A stretch of DNA of 64,000 nt from Octopus vulgaris (lineage: Eukaryota), in assembly GCA_951406725.2 (NCBI GenBank), contig OX597815.1, positions 6,014,001-6,078,000 on the forward strand, written 5' to 3'. Under the pieces are notes generated by a model. It worked only from the letters and a program-made list of their open reading frames with translations. It was not told where the DNA came from and searched no databases. Position numbers and translations under genes: made by a program. Below are positions 63,546-64,000 of this stretch, piece after piece. Every line of letters begins with the position of its first letter. The first letter of the stretch is position 1.

Positions 63546-64000
63546 TGTGTGTGTGTGTGTGTTGAGGTGTGTGTGTTGAGGTGCGTGTGTTGCGATGTGT
63601 GTGAGGTGTGTGTGTGTGTATGTGCGGATTAAGGTGTGTGTGTGTGTGTGTTGAGGTGTGTGTGTGTGTTGAAGTGCGTGTGTTGCTATGTGTGTGAGGT
63701 GTGTGTGTGTATGTGCGTATTGAGGTGTATGTGTGTGTTGAGTTGTGTGTGTGTGTGCTGAGATGTGTGTGTGTGTGTGCTGAGATATGTGTGTGTGTTG
63801 AGATGTGTGTGTTGGGGTGTGTATGTGTGTTGTGTGTGTGTGTGTTGAGATGTGTGTTGAGTTGTTGTGTGTGTGTGTGCTGAGATGTGTGTGTGTGTGT
63901 GCTGAGATGTGTGTGTGTGTGTGTGCTGAGATATGTGTTTGTGTTGAGATATGTGTGTTGAGGTGAGGTGTGTGTGTGTGTGTGTGTGTGTGTGTTGAGA
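62915..64000. repeat. (GT)n-based compound arrays with TTAGTGTGTGAGCAAGTGAGAATAC (about 5 copies, 62930-63170) and TTGAGG/CTGAGA punctuations
   Basis: Directly visible. Confidence 0.93.

Overview
Eukaryotic, AT-rich, repeat-dominated genomic DNA. The SINE and microsatellite landscape suggests a cephalopod (octopus-like) genome, but that is inference. Only one host coding segment is recognisable: the terminal coding exon of an arylsulfatase B-like gene (2881-3143, +), which the ORF track misses. The rest is intronic or intergenic. It contains several tRNA-derived SINE families, an internally deleted piggyBac with its MITEs, non-autonomous Helitrons (one apparently a 4.4-kb composite), a decayed DD34D mariner, a near-complete DD36E Tc1-type element, and fragments of RTE, CR1/L2, R4/Dong-type (RLE) and Penelope-like retroelements. 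There are also very large (CAC)n, (GGT)n, (GAA)n, (CATA)n, (TA)n and (GT)n tracts. The most interesting unexplained structures are: (i) SINE concatemers with one fixed, self-complementary junction at three loci; (ii) a 556-bp non-coding element that occurs singly and in tandem, always inside (AAT)n-type tracts; (iii) a recurring class of short foldback elements with minimal hammerhead-ribozyme-like cores; (iv) a local duplication with reciprocal filled and empty insertion sites. Almost all long ORFs in the track are microsatellite read-throughs. Coordinates were read by eye and may be off by a few bases, and no database searches were run.
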